Shown: positions 38,585 to 47,757, numbered from the stretch's first letter. The stretch is 64,000 nucleotides of DNA from Rickettsiales bacterium (GCA_044239745.1 JBIIAV010000001.1:18884-82883), one strand, 5' to 3'. Numbers and translations are program-made. Notes: generated by a model not told the origin, from the letters alone.

Positions 38585-39199
38585 ATGATGACCCAACCCA
38601 TTCTTGCATACGATTGCGCCTGCGAGGGCGCCAGTATCGCCCTCATGCATTCCGGCGAGCGTTTTACCCATCGCATCGAACAGTCGCAGCAAGCGGGGGA
38701 GCTGGTCGCAAGTATTGATGCATTGTTGCAGCAGCACGGCGTGGCTTATACCGATCTTGCCTGCATCGTCACCACCGTCGGCCCCGGTAGCTTCACTGGT
38801 GTGCGCATCGGGCTAGCGGCGCTCCATGGTTTTGCGTTGGTCGCCCAAGTTCCCATCAAACTCGTCACCACACTGGCGGCAGCGGCATGGCAGGTCGCGG
38901 CCACACCTGCATCGCCGGAGGCATTCTATGTCGCGCTCCGTGCCGGCAAAGGCGAGGTCTATGCCCAAGCCTTCCGTGTCGACGGCCAGCAACCGCAGCC
39001 TACGGGCGATATCTTCCTCGCGCCGGAAAGCAAGGCCGACTGGGACATGCCCTGCTTAACCCATGCGCCGGATGCGGCATTGCTATGCACCATCGCCGAG
39101 TACTTACCAAGCGCATCGCTGGCACAGGCCGTTCCCGTTTATATCCGTCCGCCGGATGCAAAAACACCGGCCGCACCATCGTGGCTTGCCGCGAATTAA
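38585..39199 (+). CDS. tsaB: tRNA t6A biosynthesis protein TsaB (YeaZ)
   Basis: 204 aa including ILAYDCACEGASIAL and VTTVGPGSFTGVRIGLA, the ASKHA-fold TsaB signature. Confidence 0.85.
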   Translation: MMTQPILAYDCACEGASIALMHSGERFTHRIEQSQQAGELVASIDALLQQHGVAYTDLACIVTTVGPGSFTGVRIGLAALHGFALVAQVPIKLVTTLAAAAWQVAATPASPEAFYVALRAGKGEVYAQAFRVDGQQPQPTGDIFLAPESKADWDMPCLTHAPDAALLCTIAEYLPSASLAQAVPVYIRPPDAKTPAAPSWLAAN

Positions 39200-39260
39200 A
39201 CTTTCGCCGTCGTCGCATGCGTGCTAAACAAAATTCGCCGCGACATCTTCGGAGGAAATC

Positions 39261-39845
39261 ATGAAAAAATTCATTCTCTGCGCCCTTGCATTCGCCCTCA
39301 CTGCCTGCCAACAGGCTCCCACCTCCTACACGCCGGAGCCATTCGCCTTCGAGTCCTCCGCTGTCGCACCGTGGCGCATCAATGTCGCCGAGATCCGTAT
39401 CGTCGAAGGCTACCAATCCAGCTTGCGCAAACCCAATGTCGAACAGGATTTCCCCGTGCCACCCGCCCATGCGGTGAAAAAATGGGTGGCAAGCCGATTG
39501 AAGGCCACCGGCACGCGAGGGGTGATGGAGATCACCATCCGTGACGCCTCCGTTACCGAGACCGCACTGCCGAAGACCGAAGGCATCACCGGCTTTTTCA
39601 CCGACGATCAGGACGCCCGCTACGACGCAAGGCTGGTCGTGACCATGCGCATCTTCAGTGGCGTGCAGGGCATTTCCGATGCGACCGGCGACGTGGAAGT
39701 GACCCGCAGCCGCAGCATCAACGAGAAGGCCACCGTCTTCGAGCGTTCGCAGCTCTATCACCAGATGACCCGTGACATGATGCTAAGCTTCGATAGCGAG
39801 GCCGAGAAGCGCCTACGCCAGTATTTCTCCGCATTCCTCAACTAG
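39261..39845 (+). CDS. Hypothetical lipoprotein
   Basis: A strong GGAGGA RBS precedes the ATG. It has a lipobox signal peptide (MKKFILCALAFALTAC) and is 194 aa. I recognise no family. Its stop is 1 nt before the TauE-family start. Confidence 0.6.
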   Translation: MKKFILCALAFALTACQQAPTSYTPEPFAFESSAVAPWRINVAEIRIVEGYQSSLRKPNVEQDFPVPPAHAVKKWVASRLKATGTRGVMEITIRDASVTETALPKTEGITGFFTDDQDARYDARLVVTMRIFSGVQGISDATGDVEVTRSRSINEKATVFERSQLYHQMTRDMMLSFDSEAEKRLRQYFSAFLN

Positions 39846-39846
39846 C

Positions 39847-40770
39847 ATGCATCTCTATCTGCCCATCGCCGAGCTTTCCGCCAACGCATTGCACCTCATT
39901 CTTCTGGGTGGCGCGGCGGGCTTGCTTTCGGGGCTGTTCGGCATCGGTGGCGGCTTCATTCTCACGCCCATGCTCATTTTCATCGGCATTCCGCCCGCCA
40001 TTGCAGTGGCGACCGGCACCAACATGATCGTGGCGTCCTCGTTCTCGGGGTTCTTGTCGCATCTCAAACATAAGCGCGTCGATATCCAGATGGGCTCCTA
40101 CCTCATCGTCGGCGGGTTGATGGGGGTCTGTGTCGGTGTCTGGTCATTCGCCGTGTTCCAGCGCGTCGGACAGATCGATCTCATGATCACCCTGCTTTAC
40201 ATCTCGCTGCTGGCTTCCGTCAGCGTTCTCATGCTGCGCGAGGCGCGCCACATGTTGCTGGCACGCCGCGCCGGTAAGGAGCATCAGCACCACACCTCCC
40301 TCGAGCTGCCTTCATGGATGATCCGATTGCCATGGCAGGTGACATTCACCCGTTCGCAAGTGACGCACAGCGTACTGTTACCCATCGGTATCGGCCTGAT
40401 ATCGGGCCTGTTGGTCGGCCTGCTTGGGGTTGGTGGCGGCTTCATCATGCTGCCGATGATGCTGTATGTGCTGCGCATGCCCATGCATGTCACCATTGGC
40501 ACCTCACTGTTCCAGATCATCTTCATCACCGCCGCCGCCACGCTGCTGCACACCATCACCACCCACGCGGTCGATATCGTGCTGGCGGGGCTGTTACTCA
40601 TGGGCTCGGTCATCGGCGCGCAATATGGCGCCCGCCTCAGTCACCGCATCGCCAATTATCTGTTGCGCTTCCTCATGGCGTTCCTGCTGTTGGTGGTGGC
40701 AGGCAAATTAGCCTACGGTCTTTTCGTCACGCCGTCGGAAATCTTCACCCTAGTGACCAACACGCCATGA
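39847..40770 (+). CDS. TauE/SafE (TSUP) family anion exporter
   Basis: 307 aa with repeated GLFGIGGGFILTPML / GLLGVGGGFIMLPMM half-domains typical of TSUP/TauE permeases. Confidence 0.85.
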   Translation: MHLYLPIAELSANALHLILLGGAAGLLSGLFGIGGGFILTPMLIFIGIPPAIAVATGTNMIVASSFSGFLSHLKHKRVDIQMGSYLIVGGLMGVCVGVWSFAVFQRVGQIDLMITLLYISLLASVSVLMLREARHMLLARRAGKEHQHHTSLELPSWMIRLPWQVTFTRSQVTHSVLLPIGIGLISGLLVGLLGVGGGFIMLPMMLYVLRMPMHVTIGTSLFQIIFITAAATLLHTITTHAVDIVLAGLLLMGSVIGAQYGARLSHRIANYLLRFLMAFLLLVVAGKLAYGLFVTPSEIFTLVTNTP

Positions 40771-41516
40771 AGCATCGCCCCTATATCGGCCTGTTGGTCG
40801 CCTGCCTTTCGATGCCGTGCGGGGCACAGAACCCGCCGACTTCCGTATCGCTCACCAACCCCATGGTGGCCGATATCTCGCAGACCGCCATCGAGATCCG
40901 TTCCGATTTCAACGGTACCCAGCTCCTCATTTTCGGGGCGCGCAATGTCGCGGGCGATCTCGTCATCGCCGTGCGCGGCCCAAGCGTCGATAGCACCTTG
41001 CGCCGGAAGGATCGTATCGCCGGTATGTGGATGCATGTCGACCAACGCAAATACGACGACCTGCCGATCTTCTACGCCATCACCTCGACCAAACCCCTCA
41101 ACCAGATCGCGCCACCTTCCGTGCTGCAATCGCTGGGGCTTGGCGAGCGCCGCATCATCGAGGCCAGCAACACCAGCCCCAACGAACAGTTCGATACCGC
41201 GCTGGCGGCATGGATGGCGCATAAACGTTGGTGGCAAATGGGTTTCAACCCCATCACCTATTTCGGTGAAAGCCTCTTCAAAGTGCGCCTCGACCTGCCC
41301 GATACCCTGCCCAGCGGCCAATACACGGCCGAGGCCTATCTGTTCAGCCGCGGCAAGCTCATCAGCCTGCAGACCATTCCGTTTCAAAGCTACAAAACAG
41401 GGTTCGATGCCCGCGTGGCCGACACCGCCAAGCATGACGGCTTGCTATACGGGCTTGTCGCCATCGCGATGGCGCTGTTCGGCGGGTGGCTCTCCCACCG
41501 CATCTTTCACCGGTGA
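40767..41516 (+). CDS. Conserved alphaproteobacterial membrane-anchored protein (TIGR02186-like)
   Basis: The start is at ATG 40767 (MKHRPYIGLLVACLSMPCGA signal), overlapping the TauE stop (ATGA). It is about 249 aa with a single C-terminal TM (LLYGLVAIAMALFGGWL). The track ORF start 40314 is an out-of-frame run through the TauE gene. Confidence 0.55.
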   Translation: MKHRPYIGLLVACLSMPCGAQNPPTSVSLTNPMVADISQTAIEIRSDFNGTQLLIFGARNVAGDLVIAVRGPSVDSTLRRKDRIAGMWMHVDQRKYDDLPIFYAITSTKPLNQIAPPSVLQSLGLGERRIIEASNTSPNEQFDTALAAWMAHKRWWQMGFNPITYFGESLFKVRLDLPDTLPSGQYTAEAYLFSRGKLISLQTIPFQSYKTGFDARVADTAKHDGLLYGLVAIAMALFGGWLSHRIFHR

Positions 41517-42098
41517 TGGCCGCCATTTACCCTTGAGATAAAAGAATCCGCGCTTGCAGTGGTTCCAATACCAACCCGTCGGCCGCAAGTTCAGCACCAC
41601 CGTGTCGGCGATGTAGTCGTGCCAACCACGCCGCTGCTTGTTGAACATCGCCCAGATGATGCCGAGCATCAGCGGTGCGCAGGCCGGAATATAGGCAAAA
41701 AAGCGAAGTACGAAGCGTTGCCAGCTCACCGGCGCGTGGGTGGTGGTACGCACGATCTTGATGCCGATGAGCCATTTGCCTGGCGTGGTGGCGAACGCCG
41801 CTTGGCAACCGACGATCGCGACCCCAAAAAAGGAAAGCTGTATCAGCAGCCGCTCCAACCACTGCGTGATGAACTGCGCCTGTTCGTCCACGCTGGTGGC
41901 GCTTGCCATTTGACCAAGGAAATCGTTGGCGATCTGTGGAAAATAGCGCTGATCCATCCAATAAAAAAAGTCAAAAAACAAAACAAACAAAACCAACAGA
42001 TCCAACGCCGCCGCCAGCGAGCGCGTAAAGATATCGGCATAAATATTCGGCTCTTTGATTCTTGGTTTCAGTCCAAATGGTACCAACAAATTTCTCAT
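41445..42098 (-). CDS. RDD family membrane protein
   Basis: The start is at ATG 42098 (MRNLLVPFG), overlapping the bioD stop (ATGA). It has the RDD-type pattern (FTRSLAAALDLLVLF ... RRGWHDYIADTVV) and three hydrophobic helices. The 3' end overlaps the TIGR02186-like gene by 72 nt (convergent). Confidence 0.65.
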   Translation of the reverse strand: MRNLLVPFGLKPRIKEPNIYADIFTRSLAAALDLLVLFVLFFDFFYWMDQRYFPQIANDFLGQMASATSVDEQAQFITQWLERLLIQLSFFGVAIVGCQAAFATTPGKWLIGIKIVRTTTHAPVSWQRFVLRFFAYIPACAPLMLGIIWAMFNKQRRGWHDYIADTVVLNLRPTGWYWNHCKRGFFYLKGKWRPSPVKDAVGEPPAEQRHRDGDKPV

Positions 42099-42754
42099 AA
42101 CTGGCTCTCCAAAACGTGGATGGCGGTAGCCTCCTTCCACGAAGTCACTCGTGGCTGAAAGACGATATGCATATCGGCAATGAACGGCGCAAGGCCGGCT
42201 TGCGCTTCTTGCCACGCGACACTACTTTCCGCGCTTTCGTTCATCACCAGCGCACGCACACGAATGCCACGCGCGCGCACCACCGATAGCGCCGTCAACG
42301 TATGGCTGATCGTGCCGAGGTAACTGCCGACGACCAGAATGACCGGCAGGCCGAGCGCCACCATCCAATCCAAGGTCGTGTCGCGGTCGTTCAGCGGCAC
42401 CATCACGCCGCCGACGCCTTCCACCAGCGTTCGCGGCGTATGCCGTATCTGTTCGTTCGTCCAATCGGTCAGGCTTCCCATATCCAGCGTTTTTTGTTCC
42501 AGCGCTGCCGCACGATGGGGCGACAACGGCGCAGCAAAGCGCCACGGCGAAATTTTCGCCACCTCACCTGTCATACCGCTAGCCACGATGATCTGTGCCG
42601 TGTCGCTGGTGGCATCCGCCGCATCCCAGCCCGAAATTACAGGCTTCAATCCGCGCATCACGGCACCGCGTTGGCGCGCCGCATGCAGCAAGGCACAGGT
42701 GGTGAATGTTTTACCCACACCCGTGCCGGTCGCTGCGATGAAATAGGCTGTCAT
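42095..42754 (-). CDS. bioD: Dethiobiotin synthase
   Basis: 219 aa with the N-terminal P-loop FIAATGTGVGKT. It has an ATGA overlap with the bioC stop. Confidence 0.9.
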   Translation of the reverse strand: MTAYFIAATGTGVGKTFTTCALLHAARQRGAVMRGLKPVISGWDAADATSDTAQIIVASGMTGEVAKISPWRFAAPLSPHRAAALEQKTLDMGSLTDWTNEQIRHTPRTLVEGVGGVMVPLNDRDTTLDWMVALGLPVILVVGSYLGTISHTLTALSVVRARGIRVRALVMNESAESSVAWQEAQAGLAPFIADMHIVFQPRVTSWKEATAIHVLESQL

Positions 42755-43524
42755 GCCGGTTTATGGACCACAAAAAAATGATGCTCCCACGTCGCGGGGA
42801 TGCCTTGGGCAGTGCGCTTGGCCTCGTAAGCGCGCAGCATCACTGCCCAGCGTTTCGGGGCAATATGCCGGCGCGAATTCTTGAAATTATTGCCAGCACC
42901 GATGCCGCGCATCGAATCAAGCAATGCCATCACGTTGGGGTAATGCTCCGTCACCAACCGCTGCTGCGCGAAGCTGATGGTGAAGCCGCTGTCGCGCCAC
43001 GCCTGCTTCGACGCCTCGAATCCGCGCATGGGCAACAAGCCCAGCGGTAGCTCCGCAGCCTGCGCTGCCGCGCGCAGCTCGCACAGGCTTTGGGTGCCAA
43101 GGCTTGCCACCACGGCCATGCCGCCGCTTTTCAGCACCCGCGCCAGCTCAGCGAAGGCCTGCGTTTGATTTTCCACCCATTGATAGCATAGTGAGCTGAC
43201 CGCCGCATCGACCGCCGCATCGGCCAACGGCAGGCATGCTGCATCCGCCGTGATGGCGGTGCAGCGAGTTGCGGCAATCTCGCTCATGCCCTGCGCGATA
43301 TCGATGCCGATGATGTTCCATTGCGGGCGTGAGGCTTGCGCCATAGCCGCGAAATAGCCGGTACCACAGCCGATATCGGCAATGCGTGCGCTGGGCGCGA
43401 AGAACATGCGTGCCGCATCCAGCACACGCAGCGTTTCGGTATGCTGGAATTGCGCGCGCGCATCGTAATGCGCGGCGGCATCGCTGAAGTTACGTTGCAG
43501 ACGTTGTGTCGCCACCCGCATCAT
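42751..43524 (-). CDS. bioC: Malonyl-ACP O-methyltransferase
   Basis: 257 aa with the class I SAM-methyltransferase motif IADIGCGTGYF. It sits between the esterase gene and bioD, with ATGA overlaps on both sides. Confidence 0.82.
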   Translation of the reverse strand: MMRVATQRLQRNFSDAAAHYDARAQFQHTETLRVLDAARMFFAPSARIADIGCGTGYFAAMAQASRPQWNIIGIDIAQGMSEIAATRCTAITADAACLPLADAAVDAAVSSLCYQWVENQTQAFAELARVLKSGGMAVVASLGTQSLCELRAAAQAAELPLGLLPMRGFEASKQAWRDSGFTISFAQQRLVTEHYPNVMALLDSMRGIGAGNNFKNSRRHIAPKRWAVMLRAYEAKRTAQGIPATWEHHFFVVHKPA

Positions 43525-44207
43525 GCCACTCCGTGTAAAGCGCGGTGTTCGTGCATTTCACGGCGTAACCGTACTGCATCGTGCGCGTGCGGCGCATGGC
43601 CGACCTGCGCCCAACTGTTCAGCTGGGCACGCGGCAAGTGGCGCGCCAGATATTCGCTCTGCGCATGCGGTACGATGACATCGTTCATGCCGTGAATGAT
43701 AAGGGTTGGCGGCGCAGATGCAAGCCCCACCATGTCCAACCGGTAATGCGCCAGATCCTCCAGCCACGGCAGCCAGCGGCCGATATCCTCGACCTGCGGG
43801 TGATAGCCCAGCAGCCCCATCACCTGCTTGAAGGCACCATCCCCCTTGGCGATCAGGCCGTGAAAGCGGCTTTTGGTGCGCGCGGGGTCATGCATGTAGC
43901 TTTCCTTGAACAAGCGGTACGTCTCGGCACCCATGCCTTCGAGATCACTACCGCTGCTGACGAATTGCACCGGCGCAGCAATCACGGTGAGATGCTTGGG
44001 TGCCAAGGCACCGGCGGCAATCGCCCGTAGCGCCAATTGCCCGCCAAGCGACCATGCCACAGCGTGGCGGGGCTTTAGTTTTCTTAGCGCCTCGATTGCC
44101 GCATCGGGGCTCGCATAATCACTATAATCGAACAGCACCGCATCATCCGCCAGCGGGGCCAGCGCGTCGGTCGGTTGTGTCCAACCGCTGAGCAGTAAGG
44201 TCGTCAT
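43521..44207 (-). CDS. Pimeloyl-ACP methyl ester esterase candidate (alpha/beta hydrolase, BioG/BioH functional slot)
   Basis: 228 aa with an N-terminal LLLSGWTQPTDA, the nucleophile elbow AWSLGG and a C-terminal GHAPH. Its position between bioF and bioC, with ATGA overlaps on both sides, points to the esterase role. Confidence 0.65.
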   Translation of the reverse strand: MTTLLLSGWTQPTDALAPLADDAVLFDYSDYASPDAAIEALRKLKPRHAVAWSLGGQLALRAIAAGALAPKHLTVIAAPVQFVSSGSDLEGMGAETYRLFKESYMHDPARTKSRFHGLIAKGDGAFKQVMGLLGYHPQVEDIGRWLPWLEDLAHYRLDMVGLASAPPTLIIHGMNDVIVPHAQSEYLARHLPRAQLNSWAQVGHAPHAHDAVRLRREMHEHRALHGVA

Positions 44208-45325
44208 TGCAGGTTACGCAGCGCTTGGATCAACTGCTCCACCTGCGCGTCGGTATGTTCGGCGCTGAAGGCAAGCCGCAAGCGCGCGGTGTGCATCGGC
44301 ACCGTCGGCGGGCGAATCGCCATGGCCAGCAGCCCCTGTTGTTTCAAGGTTTCGGAAGCATTCAGCGCCGCTTCCGCCGTACCGCACATGAACGGCACAA
44401 TGGCGCTTTGCGCCATGGGCAGGCCAAGCGCCTGCGTCACGCGCTGTGCCAGTGCACGCGCACGCGCACCGCGCTGCGGCTCCGCCTGCATCACCGTGAG
44501 TGCGGCAAGCGCACTGGCGCACGAAGCCGGCGCAAGCCCTGTGGAGAACACAAAACTACGCGCGTGACTGACCAAAAAATCGATAAGGGCACGGCTTCCG
44601 ACCACATAACCGCCGTAACCGCCCACCGCTTTGCTGAGGGTGCCCATCCAGATATCCATTGCGGCGGCGGGGGGCACGATGCCAAGGCCGTGCGCATCGT
44701 CGGCCATGGTCCATGCGTCGTATTTCTCGGCCAGCGTCGCGATATCGGCCAGCGGCGCCACGTCGCCCTCCATGCTGAAAACATGGTCGGTCACGATCAG
44801 CGCGTTAGGCGATTCCTCGCGGTGCTCCTTCAGCAATGCCTCGAGATGCGCCATATCGTTATGGGCGAAGCGGATGAGGCGCGCGCCGGAAAGCTGCGCC
44901 GCATCGATGATGCAGGCATGCACCCATTTATCGGCGAAGATCACATCCCCCTTGCCCAGCAGCGCGGGAATGACCCCAAGATTGGTAAGGTAACCGCTGC
45001 CGAACACCAGCGCCGCCGGTGCGGATTTCATGGCCGCAAGCGCGGCTTCGAGCGGTGCATAATAGGGGTGGTTGCCGGTGATGAGCCGCGAAGCGCCTGC
45101 CCCAGCCCCGCCCTGCGCCAAGGCCTTCTCGCCCGCGACGACGACGGCGGGATGGTTGCGCAAGCCCAAATAATCGTTGCAGGCAAAGGAGATATAGCGC
45201 TGCCCGTCCTGCACCAGCGTGACCGCGGAATCCGCCGTCCGTGCGCTCACCCGCAAGGTGCGCCGAAGCTGCTGCCCCTCGGCACGCGCGATGGCGGCCG
45301 AACAATGTTCATCAAGATGTGCCAT
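44204..45325 (-). CDS. bioF: 8-amino-7-oxononanoate synthase
   Basis: The start is at ATG 45325 (MAHLDEH) with an AAGGA RBS. It is an alpha-oxoamine synthase PLP enzyme (SFACNDYLGL, GTLSKAVG Lys). Confidence 0.9.
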   Translation of the reverse strand: MAHLDEHCSAAIARAEGQQLRRTLRVSARTADSAVTLVQDGQRYISFACNDYLGLRNHPAVVVAGEKALAQGGAGAGASRLITGNHPYYAPLEAALAAMKSAPAALVFGSGYLTNLGVIPALLGKGDVIFADKWVHACIIDAAQLSGARLIRFAHNDMAHLEALLKEHREESPNALIVTDHVFSMEGDVAPLADIATLAEKYDAWTMADDAHGLGIVPPAAAMDIWMGTLSKAVGGYGGYVVGSRALIDFLVSHARSFVFSTGLAPASCASALAALTVMQAEPQRGARARALAQRVTQALGLPMAQSAIVPFMCGTAEAALNASETLKQQGLLAMAIRPPTVPMHTARLRLAFSAEHTDAQVEQLIQALRNLQ

Positions 45326-45388
45326 TTTTCCTTGGCAAGTCCTAGCATTCGCGGCTAAATCTCGCAACCACCAACCAACGAGCATGTT

Positions 45389-46366
45389 ATGAGCACACCC
45401 CGCCACCTATGGACCCACGACGAAGCGATGGCGCTGCACGCCCTGCCCTTGAACGAACTGCTGTTCAAAGCGGCTACCGTTCACCGCGCGCATTTCGACC
45501 CGTCGGAAGTGCAGATCTCGCAGCTTTGCTCCATCAAAACCGGTGGCTGCCCCGAGGATTGCAATTACTGCTCGCAATCCGCCCATTTCGAGACCCCCGT
45601 CAAGGCCACCAAGCTGATGGATGTGGACGCCGTGCTGGCCGATGCACGCGCCGCCAAGGCCGCCGGTGCCAGCCGTTTCTGCATGGGCGCGGCATGGCGC
45701 AACCCCAAGCCGCGGGATATGGAAAAAGTAACGACCATGATCGCGCAGGTGAAGGCCATGGGGCTCGAGACCTGCGCCACGCTGGGCATGCTCACGGCTG
45801 AACAGGCGCAGCAGCTCAAGGCGGCAGGGCTGGATTATTACAACCACAACCTCGACACTTCCGAGGAATATTACAAAGAGATCATCACCACCCGCACCTA
45901 TGCCGACCGGCTCGACACCCTTGCCAACGTGCGCGATGCAGGCATGAAAACCTGCTGCGGCGGCATCCTCGGCATGGGCGAGACCGCGGCCGACCGCGTC
46001 AGTATGCTGGTCACCCTCGCCAATTTGCCCACCCACCCCGAATCGGTGCCCATGAACCTGCTGATTCCGGCGGACGGCACGCCGCTGGCCGGCAACCCGC
46101 GCATCGATGCGATCGATTTCGTCCGCAGCGTCGCCGTCGCCCGCATCCTGATGCCCACTTCCATGGTACGCCTTTCCGCAGGGCGCGAGGGTATGAGCGA
46201 CGAATTGCAAGCCCTGTGCTTCTTCGCGGGCGCCAATTCCATCTTCATCGGCGAAAAGCTGCTCACCGCCGCCAACCCCGATGTGGATGCGGATAAAGCC
46301 CTGTTCGCCAAGCTCGGCCTCAAGCCGATGGCACTTGTTGGCACGGAATCTGCACAAGCGGCATAA
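45389..46366 (+). CDS. bioB: Biotin synthase
   Basis: 325 aa with the radical-SAM motif [11 protein letters not shown] and a YNHNLDT motif. It is divergent from bioF across a 63-bp intergenic region. Confidence 0.95.
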   Translation: MSTPRHLWTHDEAMALHALPLNELLFKAATVHRAHFDPSEVQISQLCSIKTGGCPEDCNYCSQSAHFETPVKATKLMDVDAVLADARAAKAAGASRFCMGAAWRNPKPRDMEKVTTMIAQVKAMGLETCATLGMLTAEQAQQLKAAGLDYYNHNLDTSEEYYKEIITTRTYADRLDTLANVRDAGMKTCCGGILGMGETAADRVSMLVTLANLPTHPESVPMNLLIPADGTPLAGNPRIDAIDFVRSVAVARILMPTSMVRLSAGREGMSDELQALCFFAGANSIFIGEKLLTAANPDVDADKALFAKLGLKPMALVGTESAQAA

Positions 46367-46413
46367 GCAGCATAACGATACATATATCCGTCAGGGGCTT
46401 TTTATATGAGGCA

Positions 46414-46425
46414 ATTTCTAGAAAT
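46414..46425. promoter_or_regulatory. 12-bp perfect palindrome ATTTCTAGAAAT upstream of bioA (candidate operator)
   Basis: It lies in the 113-bp bioB-bioA spacer, about 55 nt upstream of the bioA ATG. A second small stem-loop CGTAGC-AGC-GCTACG (46447..46461) sits just before the bioA RBS. Confidence 0.25.
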
Positions 46426-46479
46426 GGCCGCCCGCAGAATCTTGAGCGTAGCAGCGCTACGTGAGATTCGAGGACGGGC

Positions 46480-47757
46480 ATGACACCGAAATTGACCATA
46501 GAAAAAGCCCCTCCGTGGCTTACCGAAGGGTTTGCGCATATCTGGTTGCCCTACACCCAGATGCAGACCACGGCGATGCCCGAAGCGGTCGTCGGTGCGC
46601 AGGGCTGCCGCCTGAAACTGGCGGATGGGCGCGAACTGATCGACGGTACCGCGAGTTGGTGGAGCATGTGCCACGGCTATCAGCACCCGCATATTGTCGC
46701 CGCCATCCAAAAACAAGCGGGCGCGTTAAGCCATGTCATGTTCGGCGGGTTGGCGCATGAGCCGGCCTACCGCCTTGCCACCCGCCTTTGCAAAACGGCT
46801 GGCATGGGTATGCAGCGCGCCTTCTTCGCCGAATCCGGCTCGGTCGCGGTCGAGGTCGCCCTTAAAATGGCGCTGCAATACTGGCGCAACAAGGGCGAGC
46901 CCAAACGTAATAAATTCATCTGCTTCAGCAACGGCTACCACGGCGATACCGTCGGCGCGATGAGCGTTTCGGCGCGCAGCCACTTCAACGCTGCATACGA
47001 CAGCCTTACGTTACGCAACTACACGCTCGATATCCCGACGGACGAATACAGCTTCGCCGAATTCTCTGATACCATCGCCGCCATCAAGGGTAATGTCGCC
47101 GCGCTCATCATCGAACCGCTGGTGCAGGCCGCCGGTGGGTTCCGCATCCATTCGGCCGATATCCTGTCCGAGATCCGCCGTGTCTGCCGCGAGCACGGCA
47201 TCCTCTTCATCGCGGATGAGATCGCCACCGGCTTTGCCCGCACCGGCAGCATGTTCGCCTGCCATGAAGCTTCCATCGAACCGGATATCCTCTGTGTCGG
47301 TAAGGCGCTCAGCGGTGGGCACATGCCACTTGCCGCCACCCTCACCAGCGCCGCTGTGTACGAGGCGTTCCTTGGCACCGAATACGAAAAAGCATTGATG
47401 CATGGCCCCACCTTCATGGCGCACCCCATTGCCTGCGCTGCGGCCAACGCCTCGCTCGACCTATTCGAACGCGAACCGCGCATGGCGCAAGTCGAAGCGC
47501 TGGAACAAAAATTATGGGAAGGCCTAAGACCCTTTAAACAAAAAAGCGATGTGGTGGATGTGCGCATCAAGGGCGCTATCGGCGTCATCGAGATGCAGTC
47601 GGACGCCGAGAATAACCAGCGCTTGCGTCAGGAATTCATTGCACGTGGTGTGTGGTTGCGCCCGTTCGGGCATGCGCTTTATCTCATGCCGTCGCTCACC
47701 ATCAGCGATACCGAATTGGAAACGATATTTGAAGCGATCGACGCCGTACTAGGCTAG
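46480..47757 (+). CDS. bioA: Adenosylmethionine-8-amino-7-oxononanoate aminotransferase
   Basis: 425-aa class III aminotransferase (WLPYTQM, FADEIATGFARTG, CVGKALSGG). A GAGGA RBS precedes ATG 46480. Confidence 0.93.
   Translation: MTPKLTIEKAPPWLTEGFAHIWLPYTQMQTTAMPEAVVGAQGCRLKLADGRELIDGTASWWSMCHGYQHPHIVAAIQKQAGALSHVMFGGLAHEPAYRLATRLCKTAGMGMQRAFFAESGSVAVEVALKMALQYWRNKGEPKRNKFICFSNGYHGDTVGAMSVSARSHFNAAYDSLTLRNYTLDIPTDEYSFAEFSDTIAAIKGNVAALIIEPLVQAAGGFRIHSADILSEIRRVCREHGILFIADEIATGFARTGSMFACHEASIEPDILCVGKALSGGHMPLAATLTSAAVYEAFLGTEYEKALMHGPTFMAHPIACAAANASLDLFEREPRMAQVEALEQKLWEGLRPFKQKSDVVDVRIKGAIGVIEMQSDAENNQRLRQEFIARGVWLRPFGHALYLMPSLTISDTELETIFEAIDAVLG

Noticed and set aside
41961-41998. A/C-rich low-complexity tract (ataaaaaaagtcaaaaaacaaaacaaacaaaaccaaca) that stands out in a GC-rich window
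   Set aside because: On the minus strand it encodes the Leu/Val/Phe-rich first TM helix of the RDD protein (LLVLFVLFFDFFYW). It is coding sequence, not a repeat or mobile-element remnant.
45326-45388. Looked for a BioR (TTATMKATAA) or BirA-type operator in the bioF/bioB divergent promoter region
   Set aside because: No such motif or any convincing inverted repeat is visible in the 63 bp, so no regulatory feature is called there.
44207-46357. 383-aa (+, 44207..45358) and 316-aa (-, 45407..46357) ORFs antisense to bioF and bioB
   Set aside because: These are the same codon-aligned antisense artefact. The sense genes carry clear PLP-enzyme and radical-SAM signatures, while the antisense translations are Arg/Gly/His-rich with no motifs.
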